From: Myxococcales bacterium
GTDB taxonomy: Bacteria; Myxococcota_A; UBA9042
Length of the DNA: 43,005 bases
Assembly (NCBI GenBank): GCA_037441385.1
Contig: JBBISH010000044.1
Location: forward strand, 1-43,005
Reading direction: 5' to 3'
The notes under the pieces are model-generated. The model saw nothing but the letters and a program-made list of their open reading frames with translations. It made no database searches and had not been told where the DNA came from. The translations under genes were made by a program, and so were the position numbers. Position 1 is the first letter of the stretch. Every line of letters begins with the position of its first letter. Below are positions 28,341-38,470 of this stretch, in pieces.

Positions 28341-29741
28341 TCAGCGCGCTCCGGCGGCGGGCACCGTCACCGCGGGCGCCGGTTGGGCCAAGTGGGCCAA
28401 CGTCAGGCTGGCTTTGCGTTGAAGCGCCGCCTGGATACGCTGCAAGTGCCTGTCACTGTGGCGGAAAAAGTTGCGATCCAGGGCCGCATCGGCGGCATAC
28501 GCGCGCACGACCTCGGCGTGGTCCCACGCCGCCGGAAACGCCTGGTAGCGCAGGGGCGGATCGCGCAACCACCATTGCTCAAAGCCGAACTCAGCACGGT
28601 GCCGCTGATACTCCGCGGTGCCGGGGAAGGGGACCAGCACGCCGCGGGCATTGAACCAGGCGCCCAGCTCGGCCGCTTGGTCCATGAAGCGCAAAGTGTT
28701 GTCCAGCTCCTGCTCGGTCTCGCCCGGCCAGCCGAACATCAAGTTGACCACCACATGCAGACCTCGCTCGCGGCAGGCGCGCACCACCGCCAGGGTGCGG
28801 TCCACGGTCACGCCCTTGCCAATCGCCCGCAAGCGCTGGGGATCCCCGCTTTCCATGCCGATGTCCACGCCGCCGCAGCCGGCGCCGTGCATGGCCGAAA
28901 GTACGGCGCGGTCCAGGTGGGCCGGGTGCGCCGTACACGTCCAGTGCAGGCCAAGCGGCGCCAGGTGTGCGCACAAGTCGGTTGCGCGTTCGCGCCCCAC
29001 GGCAAACGAGTCATCCAAGAAGGCAAAGGCCCGCAGCCCCCAGTGATCGCGCAACTCGCTCAGCTCATGGGCGATCGCCGCCGCGCCGCGCGGACGAAAC
29101 TGGCGCCCGGTCACGTTGTTGCAGCAGAACGTACAGGCCGCCGGGCAGCCGCGGCTCGCCAACACGCCGCCATAGGCCACCGGCGCGGTTTGGCCATACC
29201 AGGCTGGGTCAAAGAGCGGCAAGGCCTGCACGGGCGAGGCCAAGCCATCCAGGTCTTGCAGGAAGCTGCGCGGCGGTCCCCAGCGAACTCCACCCTGCCC
29301 GTCGGCAGCACCCAGACCGGCAATTGGCCGAGTATCTGTGCCACTTTGCAATGCGTTCGCCAGCTCCACCAGCGCGTGCTCAGCCTCGCCGCACAGCGCA
29401 AAGTCGCAGCCGTGGGCCAGCACCTCGTCCGGCACCACCGTTGCGTGCGGCCCGCCCGCGACCAGCGGCACCCCCGGCCCGAACCGCGCGCGCAAGGCCC
29501 GCGCCATCGCCCAGGCGTCCTGCGCCGCCAGCGTCTTGACGTGCAATCCCACCAGCTGCGGGCGGAATTGCGCGACGTGGTCGACCACGGCCGCGTGGCC
29601 CTGCGGCGCCGCCACCGCCGACGCGTCCAGCAGGCCCACGGTGTGGCCCGCGCGCTGCAGCGCCGCCGCCAGGTAGCCAAAGGCTAGCAGCGGGGTGCGC
29701 ACCGGCTCGTCCGTGTGCGGATTGAGCAGGAACACGCGCAC
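28341..29741 (-). CDS. B12-binding-domain radical SAM protein
   Basis: N-terminal cobalamin-binding-like domain (VAGGPHAT, GEAE); SRGCPAACTFC; FLDDSF; IGMESG. Confidence 0.92.
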   Translation of the reverse strand: MRVFLLNPHTDEPVRTPLLAFGYLAAALQRAGHTVGLLDASAVAAPQGHAAVVDHVAQFRPQLVGLHVKTLAAQDAWAMARALRARFGPGVPLVAGGPHATVVPDEVLAHGCDFALCGEAEHALVELANALQSGTDTRPIAGLGAADGQGGVRWGPPRSFLQDLDGLASPVQALPLFDPAWYGQTAPVAYGGVLASRGCPAACTFCCNNVTGRQFRPRGAAAIAHELSELRDHWGLRAFAFLDDSFAVGRERATDLCAHLAPLGLHWTCTAHPAHLDRAVLSAMHGAGCGGVDIGMESGDPQRLRAIGKGVTVDRTLAVVRACRERGLHVVVNLMFGWPGETEQELDNTLRFMDQAAELGAWFNARGVLVPFPGTAEYQRHRAEFGFEQWWLRDPPLRYQAFPAAWDHAEVVRAYAADAALDRNFFRHSDRHLQRIQAALQRKASLTLAHLAQPAPAVTVPAAGAR

Positions 29742-29768
29742 CGGCCACCTCGCGCTCGTCTTCGGATG

Positions 29769-32762
29769 CTACTTCTGGATCGGCGGCAGCCAGGCGCAGC
29801 TCCAATCCAGCTGACACTTGTCCAGACTCAGATCGGTGCCGCTGGAATTCATATAGCGCATCAGCATGTTCACCAGCAGCGAGCCCATGTCAAAGGGCTT
29901 GCCGGGCGACGGCGTGGGGAAGCCGTGCACGCCCTCTGGCGTCATGTCAGGGAACAGGATCGCGCTGCGGCCGCCTACTTTGGCGTTGTTGTCGCGCATC
30001 AGCCGCATCGGCGGATCCAGGCGCGGCTGGTCAAACCCGTCGCCCGCCGGCACCAAGTTGGCCAGGTTGTCCACGTCCATCAGCACGCCCTTGCCGGTCT
30101 TGTCCACGTAGCGCTTGGTGCCGTCCACGCCCTCGACCAAGCCCACATCCACCAGGGTCTGCTGCACGGTCTTGCCATAGCGCGGGTCCACGTCGCGGAA
30201 GTTGATGAGCCCGGCCGCCCGCGCCAGCGCTACGCCCGTTGCGGTGGGCACCCCAGGGTCGCCCAGCGTGTTCATGAACAAAATTCGCGAGCTGACCACC
30301 TCGCCCGTGCCGTACTTCAGCTCGCGGTCGCGGTGGATGAACGGCGCAGCGTTGGCCGGATCCGCCCCGTCCAGCGCGACTTGCGCGATGCCCAACATGC
30401 GGCGCAGCTCGGGGTTGGCACGGCGCAGGCCAAAACCATCGCCCAGAGCCCGCAACGGCGAGCCAGCCTTGAACTCTTCGCCGGCGTAGCTGACCGCCTC
30501 GCTGAAGCTGTCGACCACCAAGCTGGGCTTGCCCACCAGTTCGCAGCCCTCGCGTTCGCGGCTGGGCAGCTCTTGGTCGTAGACCGACAGGCGCAGGCGG
30601 TTGCCTTTGTCGGACGACACCGCCACGCGCAGGTGCCCATTGGGCTGCACGCGCGCGCAGCGGTACTCGCCGGTGTCCAGGTTCTGCAACACCGCAATCT
30701 TGCCCGGAGTCAGCGCGGCAATCGGGCCAACCTTGACCTCTTTGTAATCCACCAGATCCGGGAAGGCCTGATATACCGCGCCGTCGCGCACCATCACGAG
30801 CGGCCCCATCATGCGCAGGATCATCGCGTCGCGCACACCGCCCAGCGAGCTGCGCGTGCCCACCTCGCTCAAGACGCCGCCGCCGATGATGGCCACCGCC
30901 GTCTCGATGTGAGGCTCCAAGCCCGCGACCAGACTGGACATGATCCCGCCCAGCGAACCGCCGACCATGTGCACCGGCGCGCTGCCGCCCACGTCCACCG
31001 TGCCGTCGCCGTCAAAGTCGCCGGCCAGATCGTCTTTGCCGTCGCCATTGGCGTCGTATTTCCACGTGTTTTTGCCGTCGAACGACTTGAGCGTGCGCAC
31101 CACCTGCATGATGTCCACGGTGGTCTGGCGCACCACGTCGCGGGTGTGGAAGATGTACGAAGTCCAGAAATCTACGCCGGAATCGGCCTTGCCGTCGGCG
31201 TTCTGATCGATGGCGCGCCCAGCCAGGATGGCGTCGGCCATCGGCTCTAGACCGGCGCTCTTGAAAAGTGCTTCAGCCATAGCCAGTTGCTGCTTGTCCA
31301 GGTCCACGCCGTGGCTGACTGCATCGATGCCCAGGGTGGCGATGCCGGCGCGCGCCAAGAAACCAGCAAAATTCATGGCGTCGAACTTGGTGCTGCCATG
31401 GCCGTGCACAAAGATCGCCACCGGCGCGGGGCCCTTGCGGTTCTTGGGCACGAACAGCCAGAAATTCACGCCTTCGTGGCGGGTGTACGCCTCGCCGGTC
31501 GCAGGGTTGACGCGCCACACCTGTTCGGTCAGCGGCAGCAGGTTGCCCGCCGCATCGCGGCGCTGGAAGAATTGCGGCGAGTCCACCGTGCCCAGAGCGT
31601 GGAAGTCGATGAAGGCAAAATTATCAAAGAACAGCTTCTGTTCCGCGCTGTTCAGCTTGGTGCCAAAGGTGGAGTAGATCAGCTTGGCGGTGCTGGTAAA
31701 GGTCTCGCCGGGGACGATTTTGGGATTCTGTCCAGCCGCCGGCGTGCGCACGTCCATCAGGTCCATGCCGGCCGGAAACTCCTTGGTCAGGCGCGCCAAG
31801 GGCCCGATGCCGTACAGTCCGTCGCGAACGGCGACAAAGGGTTTGGTCCACACTTGGGTCGTGAACGTCCAGGCAAACGCCACGTCGCTGACCTGCAGGC
31901 CCAGCGTGTCCAGGCAGCCGGGCAGCGGTGCCAACGCCTCGGTCTGGCCAGCGTGGTTGACAAAAGCAAACGGCGAGCGCACCGGCTGGCCCTTGGCGTC
32001 CAGAAGGTTCTTGGTCAGCACCACCGCGTAACGCGTGCCCTCGCGCAAGGGCATGACCGGCTTGGCGATCAGCGTATTGGTCTCGCGCTCGTAGAAGCTG
32101 AGCAGGGTCTTGTCGGCGGCGCTGCGGGTGTTGGGGTGGTCCAGCACGCCATCCATGTCGGTGTCTTCGCCGGGATCCAGCTTGCCGTTCTGGTTGGTGT
32201 CTTCCTCCACCTCCTCGAAGATCAGCTGGCTGAGCATGCCGCGCGGGTCATCGGGGTAGTAGTCGGGCCGGTCCAGCGCCAGCGGGAACAGGTTCTGGCC
32301 CAGATCCACGGGCATGGCCTTGCAGCGATCCGGCGAATTCTCGGTGATGTCCACCACCAGCAGCGTGTCGTTCTTGGGGTCGTAGCGGTCGGCATGGCGG
32401 GCAATGATGTTTTCCACGTCGAGCGGCGCGTCAAAACTGACCGTGATCGGCGCAAGCGTGCCCCAGCCGTCCAAATCATCCAGGTCCTTGCGGGTCTTTT
32501 GCTCCCACTCGGCGGGCGCCACTACGCTGGCGTTGATGCGGCGGCGAGTGGGCGAGCCGGCGTCAAAGCGCGTGGCAAAATCGTTGGGAAGCGGAATTTC
32601 GGGCAGCGGCCGATGAAACGTGTCAAAGCGCACTTGGGCGCCGCTCCCGGCGGGAGTCGCGGCCAATCCCTCTGGCGCAGGCGATTCACAGCCCAGCAGC
32701 GCACCGCTGATCAGCAGCCAGGTCGCGGCAAGCGCCATCTTGTTCTGTGCGATCATAGACAT
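29769..32762 (-). CDS. Large lipoprotein with an alpha/beta-hydrolase domain
   Basis: LLGC lipobox; PLPND, FVHGHG, nucleophile elbow GGSLGG; DxNxDG Ca-binding-like motifs. Confidence 0.85.
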   Translation of the reverse strand: MSMIAQNKMALAATWLLISGALLGCESPAPEGLAATPAGSGAQVRFDTFHRPLPEIPLPNDFATRFDAGSPTRRRINASVVAPAEWEQKTRKDLDDLDGWGTLAPITVSFDAPLDVENIIARHADRYDPKNDTLLVVDITENSPDRCKAMPVDLGQNLFPLALDRPDYYPDDPRGMLSQLIFEEVEEDTNQNGKLDPGEDTDMDGVLDHPNTRSAADKTLLSFYERETNTLIAKPVMPLREGTRYAVVLTKNLLDAKGQPVRSPFAFVNHAGQTEALAPLPGCLDTLGLQVSDVAFAWTFTTQVWTKPFVAVRDGLYGIGPLARLTKEFPAGMDLMDVRTPAAGQNPKIVPGETFTSTAKLIYSTFGTKLNSAEQKLFFDNFAFIDFHALGTVDSPQFFQRRDAAGNLLPLTEQVWRVNPATGEAYTRHEGVNFWLFVPKNRKGPAPVAIFVHGHGSTKFDAMNFAGFLARAGIATLGIDAVSHGVDLDKQQLAMAEALFKSAGLEPMADAILAGRAIDQNADGKADSGVDFWTSYIFHTRDVVRQTTVDIMQVVRTLKSFDGKNTWKYDANGDGKDDLAGDFDGDGTVDVGGSAPVHMVGGSLGGIMSSLVAGLEPHIETAVAIIGGGVLSEVGTRSSLGGVRDAMILRMMGPLVMVRDGAVYQAFPDLVDYKEVKVGPIAALTPGKIAVLQNLDTGEYRCARVQPNGHLRVAVSSDKGNRLRLSVYDQELPSREREGCELVGKPSLVVDSFSEAVSYAGEEFKAGSPLRALGDGFGLRRANPELRRMLGIAQVALDGADPANAAPFIHRDRELKYGTGEVVSSRILFMNTLGDPGVPTATGVALARAAGLINFRDVDPRYGKTVQQTLVDVGLVEGVDGTKRYVDKTGKGVLMDVDNLANLVPAGDGFDQPRLDPPMRLMRDNNAKVGGRSAILFPDMTPEGVHGFPTPSPGKPFDMGSLLVNMLMRYMNSSGTDLSLDKCQLDWSCAWLPPIQK

Positions 32763-32863
32763 CTCCGTGGCATTCGTCAGCAGGGCGACTCAGCGGTCGC
32801 GTTGGGCTTGGTGCGTCCACGGCCGTGCGGTGGCGGGCCAGCGCGGACGCAGGATGGCGGCAA

Positions 32864-34540
32864 CTATTTCTGGGCGGTCAGCGGCGGCAGCACGGCCAGG
32901 GTCAGGCGCCCGCCGTGCACCACGCCATCCAGGCCCTCAAGCACGCCGCCGGGCACCAGCAGGCCGTACTCGGCCCGAACTTCAAAGCTTGCAGGCCACT
33001 CGGCCGGCGCGAACCCCGCAGCGACGCCCAGATCCAGCTCGGTACCTAGCACGCTGCCCACCGGGACCTTGCCCAGGGCGTTGCGCGGCGTGCCGCCGCC
33101 GATGGCGCGCGTGGCAAACGGATCGACCACCGGCGTGGGGGCAAAGGCAAACAGGGCGCCGCCATAAACCTCTAGGGTCGGCGCGAACTTCCAGCCCACC
33201 TTGGGGAACGCGGTGATGGCGCTGGTCACGGCGCCGCGGCTGGCCAGGCGGTCCAAATCCTGAGCCGGATAGCCGCTGACCGCCGGGTCCGAAGCCGACA
33301 AACGGGCGCGGCCGGTCTGCCAGCCAAGGACTTGCGAGAAAAGCACGATCCCCTGCTGGAAGTTGGTGGTGGTCTTGAAGCCAGTCACGGCCTTGTCGTC
33401 CAAGTTGCTGTCGCCGCTGAACCAGCCGGCGTCCATCTCCAGGCGCAGGCCCAGCTCGCCGTCCTGCCAGCGCGCGCGCGCCATGGCGGCCCCTTGACGC
33501 ACGTCGTGCTCTGGAAAATCGGGCGACGGCCCCAAGCTCGTCCGCCCCAGGATCATCGCCGCCTCGCCCTGCAGGCGCAGCCCATGGCCCACGTGGCGGT
33601 AGTCCAAATCGAAGGCCGCGTCGACCACGTTTACCCGCAAGAACGGGTAGTTCACGCTGTTCGTGGTTTGGTCGCGGTGCGCATAGTACAGCCCCAGCCA
33701 GCGCTCTTTGGCCAGATGAAAGCGCACGACGCCGACCTGCTGATAGGCGCGATCGCCCTGGTCCCACACCGCGTTGTTGTCTTCGACCACCGCGTCGGCC
33801 GAACCGATCACATACAGACCGCGCAGGTCGCCGCCCGAGCGGCCAAAGGGCTGCAAGATCAACTGCGCGCGCGCAACCCGGTTGCCAATGCCGGGCAAGG
33901 TGAACCAGCTGTCGCGGCGGCTGTCCAGGGCGTGGCTGCCATCGTTCGTGACCAAGCCCATGCCCCAGTGGCTCGTCATCAGGCCCACCCGCAGCGATCC
34001 CAGGTCGCGCAGTCCCACGCCCACCAGCGCGTTGGTCGGCACCAGCGCGCGCCAGCTCGACTGGGGCAGATAGTCCCCCTCGGCGGTGTTTCGCCCGACG
34101 AACGCGCCGGTCAGAGCGTCGAACGACAGGGTGGCCAAGGCATTCCAGTCGCCCAGCCGGCGCCGGGTGTCCACGTCGGCCCGCACGGTGACGCGGCTGT
34201 CGGCCACGACGTCGCCGCTCGACATCGCTCCGCCGCGATCGACCGCGAAAGGACTGAATCTGAGCGCAGTTACGCGCCCTGCCGCCGTCAATTGCAGCAC
34301 CCCGGGCTCTGGCGGTTGGGGCAAGGGCGCCGCAACGGCCACCGCGGGCGGCTCGCTGGCCACGGGCGTGGGCGCGGCGGGCGTGGGCACGGCGGGCATG
34401 GGCACGGCGGGCATGGGCACGGCGGGCATGGGCTCGGCGTCGTCCGCGAAGGCCACCGAAGCAGTCAGGGTCGCGGCCCACAGGGCTGCCCGGGCAAGGG
34501 TGACGCAAGGCCGCAAGTTAGCAAGGGTTCGAGCGCGCAT
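32864..34540 (-). CDS. Putative outer-membrane beta-barrel protein
   Basis: Signal peptide, (PAVPM)n linker, alternating amphipathic strands, LGTELDL near the C-terminus. Confidence 0.75.
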   Translation of the reverse strand: MRARTLANLRPCVTLARAALWAATLTASVAFADDAEPMPAVPMPAVPMPAVPTPAAPTPVASEPPAVAVAAPLPQPPEPGVLQLTAAGRVTALRFSPFAVDRGGAMSSGDVVADSRVTVRADVDTRRRLGDWNALATLSFDALTGAFVGRNTAEGDYLPQSSWRALVPTNALVGVGLRDLGSLRVGLMTSHWGMGLVTNDGSHALDSRRDSWFTLPGIGNRVARAQLILQPFGRSGGDLRGLYVIGSADAVVEDNNAVWDQGDRAYQQVGVVRFHLAKERWLGLYYAHRDQTTNSVNYPFLRVNVVDAAFDLDYRHVGHGLRLQGEAAMILGRTSLGPSPDFPEHDVRQGAAMARARWQDGELGLRLEMDAGWFSGDSNLDDKAVTGFKTTTNFQQGIVLFSQVLGWQTGRARLSASDPAVSGYPAQDLDRLASRGAVTSAITAFPKVGWKFAPTLEVYGGALFAFAPTPVVDPFATRAIGGGTPRNALGKVPVGSVLGTELDLGVAAGFAPAEWPASFEVRAEYGLLVPGGVLEGLDGVVHGGRLTLAVLPPLTAQK

Positions 34541-34774
34541 AGGGGCTCCGAGAGGCGAGTTGAGTGACGCGGGAGGTGGAAGCAAGACCGCCCTGGGTGT
34601 GGCACTGTGTAACACAGTTGTCAGCATCCGGCTATCGTCGCCAAAATTGCGGAGTTGCACCGGCCAGTGATGATTGACAGAGGCGGCCAACGGCGCGGAT
34701 CATCACTTCATTCTCGCAGAAGCACCCTCCTGCGCGAAGCCCTGTTGCCGATTTTGGCGCATCCGGAGTTGTCC

Positions 34775-35185
34775 ATGTCGCGTATCGTAGCCACTGTGTT
34801 TGTCCTTTTGCTGGCGGCCTGCACGTCCAGCGTCACTACCGACTGCAACAAGGGCGACAAGTGCGCCTGCGACGGCAGCGGGGCCTGCACGTGGAACTGC
34901 GTAGGCGCCGGCTGCACCTTTACCGCAAGCGGTCAGGGCGCCGCGAGCCTGACTTGTCCAGGCGGAAGCTGCACGCTCAACGCGTCCGGGACCGGTGCCA
35001 CCAACATGAGCTGCGCAGGCGGCAAGTGCACGGTCACCGCCACGGGTTCGGGTGCGGTCGAATTGTCGTGCAAGGGCGGCGGCTGTACCGTCAACTGCCA
35101 GGGCACGGGCGCCTGCCACGTCTCGGACTGCCCGACCTGCACCTGCAATTCCAGCAGCGTCACGGCACCTTGCAGCGCTGACTAG
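34775..35185 (+). CDS. Small Cys/Gly/Thr-rich lipoprotein with 19-residue repeats
   Basis: LLAAC lipobox; CxGGxCTxxASGxGAxxxS x4; GGAG RBS. Confidence 0.8.
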   Translation: MSRIVATVFVLLLAACTSSVTTDCNKGDKCACDGSGACTWNCVGAGCTFTASGQGAASLTCPGGSCTLNASGTGATNMSCAGGKCTVTATGSGAVELSCKGGGCTVNCQGTGACHVSDCPTCTCNSSSVTAPCSAD

Positions 35186-35208
35186 TCGCGCAACGATCGG
35201 GGCTGTCG

Positions 35209-36486
35209 CTACGAGCCAGAAAGGACGGCGCGGAGCACCTTGCCGTCGGCGGTGCCAAAGTAGACAGCGTCGTGCCACACAGCCACCGACTCGACCCCAG
35301 TTTCGGCATCCCATTCGCCCAGCAGCGTCCACTCAAGCAGGTCTTTGCTGACCAGCACTTGCAGGTGCGGCGCGGCTGGCGCTTGCCCCCAAGTCGCGCC
35401 CGGCCGCGTCACCACCACCACTTCGCCAGTGGCCGCGTAGACGAATTGATCAACCACGGTCTGTTCTTGCAGTGCTGCGACCACCTCGGCCGAGCCGTCG
35501 GCCTGGACATGCCACAGACGCGCCAACGCGGGCTTGCTGGCGATGTCCGCCCCGCGCACCAACCCGCCACCACTGGGCAACACCTCGGTATCCATGGCAA
35601 ATGTCGTGGCGAGCGCGTGGTCGGTCGGCAGCGCGGCCAGTGCAGTGCCGTCCCAGGTGCTGTTGGGCAGCTGCCACAGGGCACCTTTGGCGTCCGTTTT
35701 GTAGCCGAACACCAGCATCTGCGTGTCTCCCAGCGGCAACAGCCGAATCCAGCGTGCGTCGCCCTTGTTCTGGTTGTAGGTCCGCTCGACGATGTCGAAG
35801 CTGGCGCCGTCGTCCTGCGTACGCCATAAGTGACCATAAATCTTACCTTTCTTCCACTCGTCCGCGGTCGCACCCGAGCCCACGGCGTAGGTCGCGCCTT
35901 GGAAACGCGCCACGTCGTGGACGTGCACGCCGTTCTGGACCGTACGCCGCTTGACCCAGCCGGTGGCGGGCCCGCGCAGGTAGACGTTGCCCAGCCAGGC
36001 GTCTTCGGTCGCGTCCACGCCCGCGATCCACAGTTGATCGCCCAGCAATCGGTAGCGCTCGATCTCTTCTTCGTCCGTCGCCGTTTCGGCGGCCGGCGGG
36101 CCAACTTCGCTGGTCCACGAGCGAACTTGGATGGGGATATCGCGCCCCAAGTTGTTGTCGGCGTCGCCGTAGGCCACGTACAGGCGCCCGCCATAGACCT
36201 CTAAGTCATGAACCCCACTGCGAAACGGCTTGCCGGCCAGCTTGGCGGTGCCCACGTCCAAGAAGTCTTGGGCCGGCACCCACGCCAGCTGTGGCTTGGC
36301 CATCTTGCGCCCGGTCAGCGGGATCGCCATCGGAGCGGCGTCAACTGAAGAATCGCCCACCGCCGCGCCGTCTTTGCCCGCTGCGGCATCGGCGGCGGTG
36401 GTCCCGGGCGACGTCGTTTCGCCGCAACCGCTCCATACGCCCAGCAGCACCGCCCAAAGCAGCCAAACCTTGCGTGGACCTAGCAT
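35209..36486 (-). CDS. Hypothetical lipoprotein, beta-propeller-like
   Basis: VWSGC lipobox-like; blade-like repeats (LYVAYG, LWIAG, TYAVG, VYFGT) and Asp-box-like RTQDDGASF. Confidence 0.75.
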   Translation of the reverse strand: MLGPRKVWLLWAVLLGVWSGCGETTSPGTTAADAAAGKDGAAVGDSSVDAAPMAIPLTGRKMAKPQLAWVPAQDFLDVGTAKLAGKPFRSGVHDLEVYGGRLYVAYGDADNNLGRDIPIQVRSWTSEVGPPAAETATDEEEIERYRLLGDQLWIAGVDATEDAWLGNVYLRGPATGWVKRRTVQNGVHVHDVARFQGATYAVGSGATADEWKKGKIYGHLWRTQDDGASFDIVERTYNQNKGDARWIRLLPLGDTQMLVFGYKTDAKGALWQLPNSTWDGTALAALPTDHALATTFAMDTEVLPSGGGLVRGADIASKPALARLWHVQADGSAEVVAALQEQTVVDQFVYAATGEVVVVTRPGATWGQAPAAPHLQVLVSKDLLEWTLLGEWDAETGVESVAVWHDAVYFGTADGKVLRAVLSGS

Positions 36487-36780
36487 GCCGCACCTCGTGG
36501 CCGCCAACCGGCAGCCCCTGGCAGGGGCCGCGGAGTGCGGCTGAGTCCGGACCGTATTGCATTGGTGCAGGGGCGTCAAGCTTGCAGTTTTGCGGACTTT
36601 GTTGCCGCCCTGACGCCATGCCAACCGCGTGCCGGGCGACTGCGTCGCTTGGCGAGTGCCGCAGCGCGGTCGTCGGCGCCGGCGTCTTCGGCAGCTAGAC
36701 CGCAGAAGATGGCAGAGACGTGCGGGTTCCGGCCGCCAACATCGAGAGGGAGGGTGAGCATCGCCGCCGACCTCACTCCT

Positions 36781-36843
36781 ACCGGTTCCGGCCAAATCGG
36801 ATCGAAAAACGCAGGCAATTTCTTCGGGCTCGAACCGGGGTGC
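36781..36843 (+). repeat. Intergenic repeat R, partial copy
   Basis: CGGATCGAAAAACGCAGGCAATTTCTTCGGGCTCGAACCGGGG. Confidence 0.7.
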
Positions 36844-36890
36844 GGTTCAGACGGGCTCCAACCCCGCGCTCTTTCTGGGGTCTTTGGCCG

Positions 36891-38285
36891 TCAAAGGGAC
36901 CGGAAGGGCACGCGCAGCGCCACCGAGACGATGTCCATCGACGCCTCGTAGACGCCGTTGCCGACCACTTGCGCCTTGGGCGGCGGCATGTCCGACATCA
37001 GCGACGGCGTCAGCTTCTGCATCACCGCGCTGTCCGTCACGGTTTGGGTCGCGACAAAGTGGTGGGCATAGGCCAAATCCAGCCACACGCCAAAGGCCCG
37101 GACCGATGCGCCCACGCTGGCGACGTGCCGCTCCCAGTTGGCAAAATCCACGCTGACGTGCTTGGTGGGGATGGCACTGCTCTCGTACAGGTAGCCGGCG
37201 CGGAGCCGCAGGCGGTCGGTCAGCAGTTCGTGTTCACCGCCCAAACGCAGGCTGATGGTGTCCTTGAATTCGTGCGGAAACACGATGTCTTCTACCGGCT
37301 TGGTCTCGCCCGACACGGACTTGACCTGGATGTTCTGGGTGTGGATGCGGATCTCTTTGAGGGCCGACCAGCCCTCGTACACCGCGTCGGCCTCGACCTG
37401 CCAGTCCGTACGCGGCTGCCACTGCACGCCCAGCCGCACCACATCGGCAAACTTCAACTGCAGTTGCGCCGTGTCGCCGATCTGGGTCGCCAGCGTTTTG
37501 GCCCAATCGGGGCTCACGGTCTTGAGCGTGCCGTCGGCGGCAAAATCGATGCGCGGCCGCCACGACAAACCCACGGCCAATGTCTTGCTGGGCAAAACGG
37601 TGGCGCCCAAGACCAACGCGGGCTTGACGCCGTTGCTGCCCGAGAAGGTGGCGGTCGTGTCGTTGGCGCGGTCGGTGCCGTCCGTGGTACCCGAGTAGAC
37701 TGCTTGGGTAAATGTGGCGTTGCCGTGGGCCAGTTGGAACGTGACGCCGACGCGCAACCAGTCCGACCAGCCCGCCGCGACGGCCGCCGAGTAGTAGCCG
37801 ATGAAGTAATCTGTGCTTTGGATCGAATACCGCTGGGCGCCGTCGGCGGGCAACTGCAGGTGGCCAATGGACGAAGGTCCGGTCGCGCCCAAGGCCACGG
37901 TCAATTCAGACAGCGGCCCCACTGCGCCAAAACCGTAGCTAGCGCAGGCACTTGGACCAAGGAACGGCCCGGCCGAGTTCTCGATCTTGGCGCTGCCGGG
38001 GATCGAGGTCGAGGTGAACGCCAGATGCTGCTGCGCGCCGCGGGCATCCAGCGTCAGGTTCAACCCGTGCTGCTGGGCCAGCCCGGCGGGGTTGTACTGG
38101 AAGGCCAGTCCGTCTGAAGGATTCGCGGCCCAGGCACCGCCGCGGCCGAGGGCGATGGTGCCGTTGTCGGGGTACTCGACACCGGCGGCCCAAGCGGTAC
38201 CGGCGAGCAAAAACGCAAGCAGCGCACCAGTTTTGATGGTCAGGGAGGCGACTCCCCACGGCGGTAGACGGACGGGACCGGGCAT
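36891..38285 (-). CDS. FadL/OmpP1-family outer-membrane transporter
   Basis: ALGRGGA...YNPAGLA hatch motif; LRAGYLYESSAIP; LDLAYAH. Confidence 0.85.
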   Translation of the reverse strand: MPGPVRLPPWGVASLTIKTGALLAFLLAGTAWAAGVEYPDNGTIALGRGGAWAANPSDGLAFQYNPAGLAQQHGLNLTLDARGAQQHLAFTSTSIPGSAKIENSAGPFLGPSACASYGFGAVGPLSELTVALGATGPSSIGHLQLPADGAQRYSIQSTDYFIGYYSAAVAAGWSDWLRVGVTFQLAHGNATFTQAVYSGTTDGTDRANDTTATFSGSNGVKPALVLGATVLPSKTLAVGLSWRPRIDFAADGTLKTVSPDWAKTLATQIGDTAQLQLKFADVVRLGVQWQPRTDWQVEADAVYEGWSALKEIRIHTQNIQVKSVSGETKPVEDIVFPHEFKDTISLRLGGEHELLTDRLRLRAGYLYESSAIPTKHVSVDFANWERHVASVGASVRAFGVWLDLAYAHHFVATQTVTDSAVMQKLTPSLMSDMPPPKAQVVGNGVYEASMDIVSVALRVPFRSL

Positions 38286-38470
38286 GGTTCACCTCTGCGC
38301 ACGAACAGTGGGGACGGCGGCGGCCGCCGTGCTGGGGCCAGCCGGCCTTGCGGCCGAAGGGGGTGCCGCTACCATGCCCGCGCACCGGGCGGGCGTCAAG
38401 CAGGCAAGGGCGCAATTGTGGTGTGCCGATGTGGGGTTGATTGGGCGATAGCGGCTTGGCGTGCTCGCCC

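Noticed and set aside
34363..34435. 15-bp tandem repeat
   Set aside because: Encodes an ordinary Pro/Ala linker (PAVPM) in frame.
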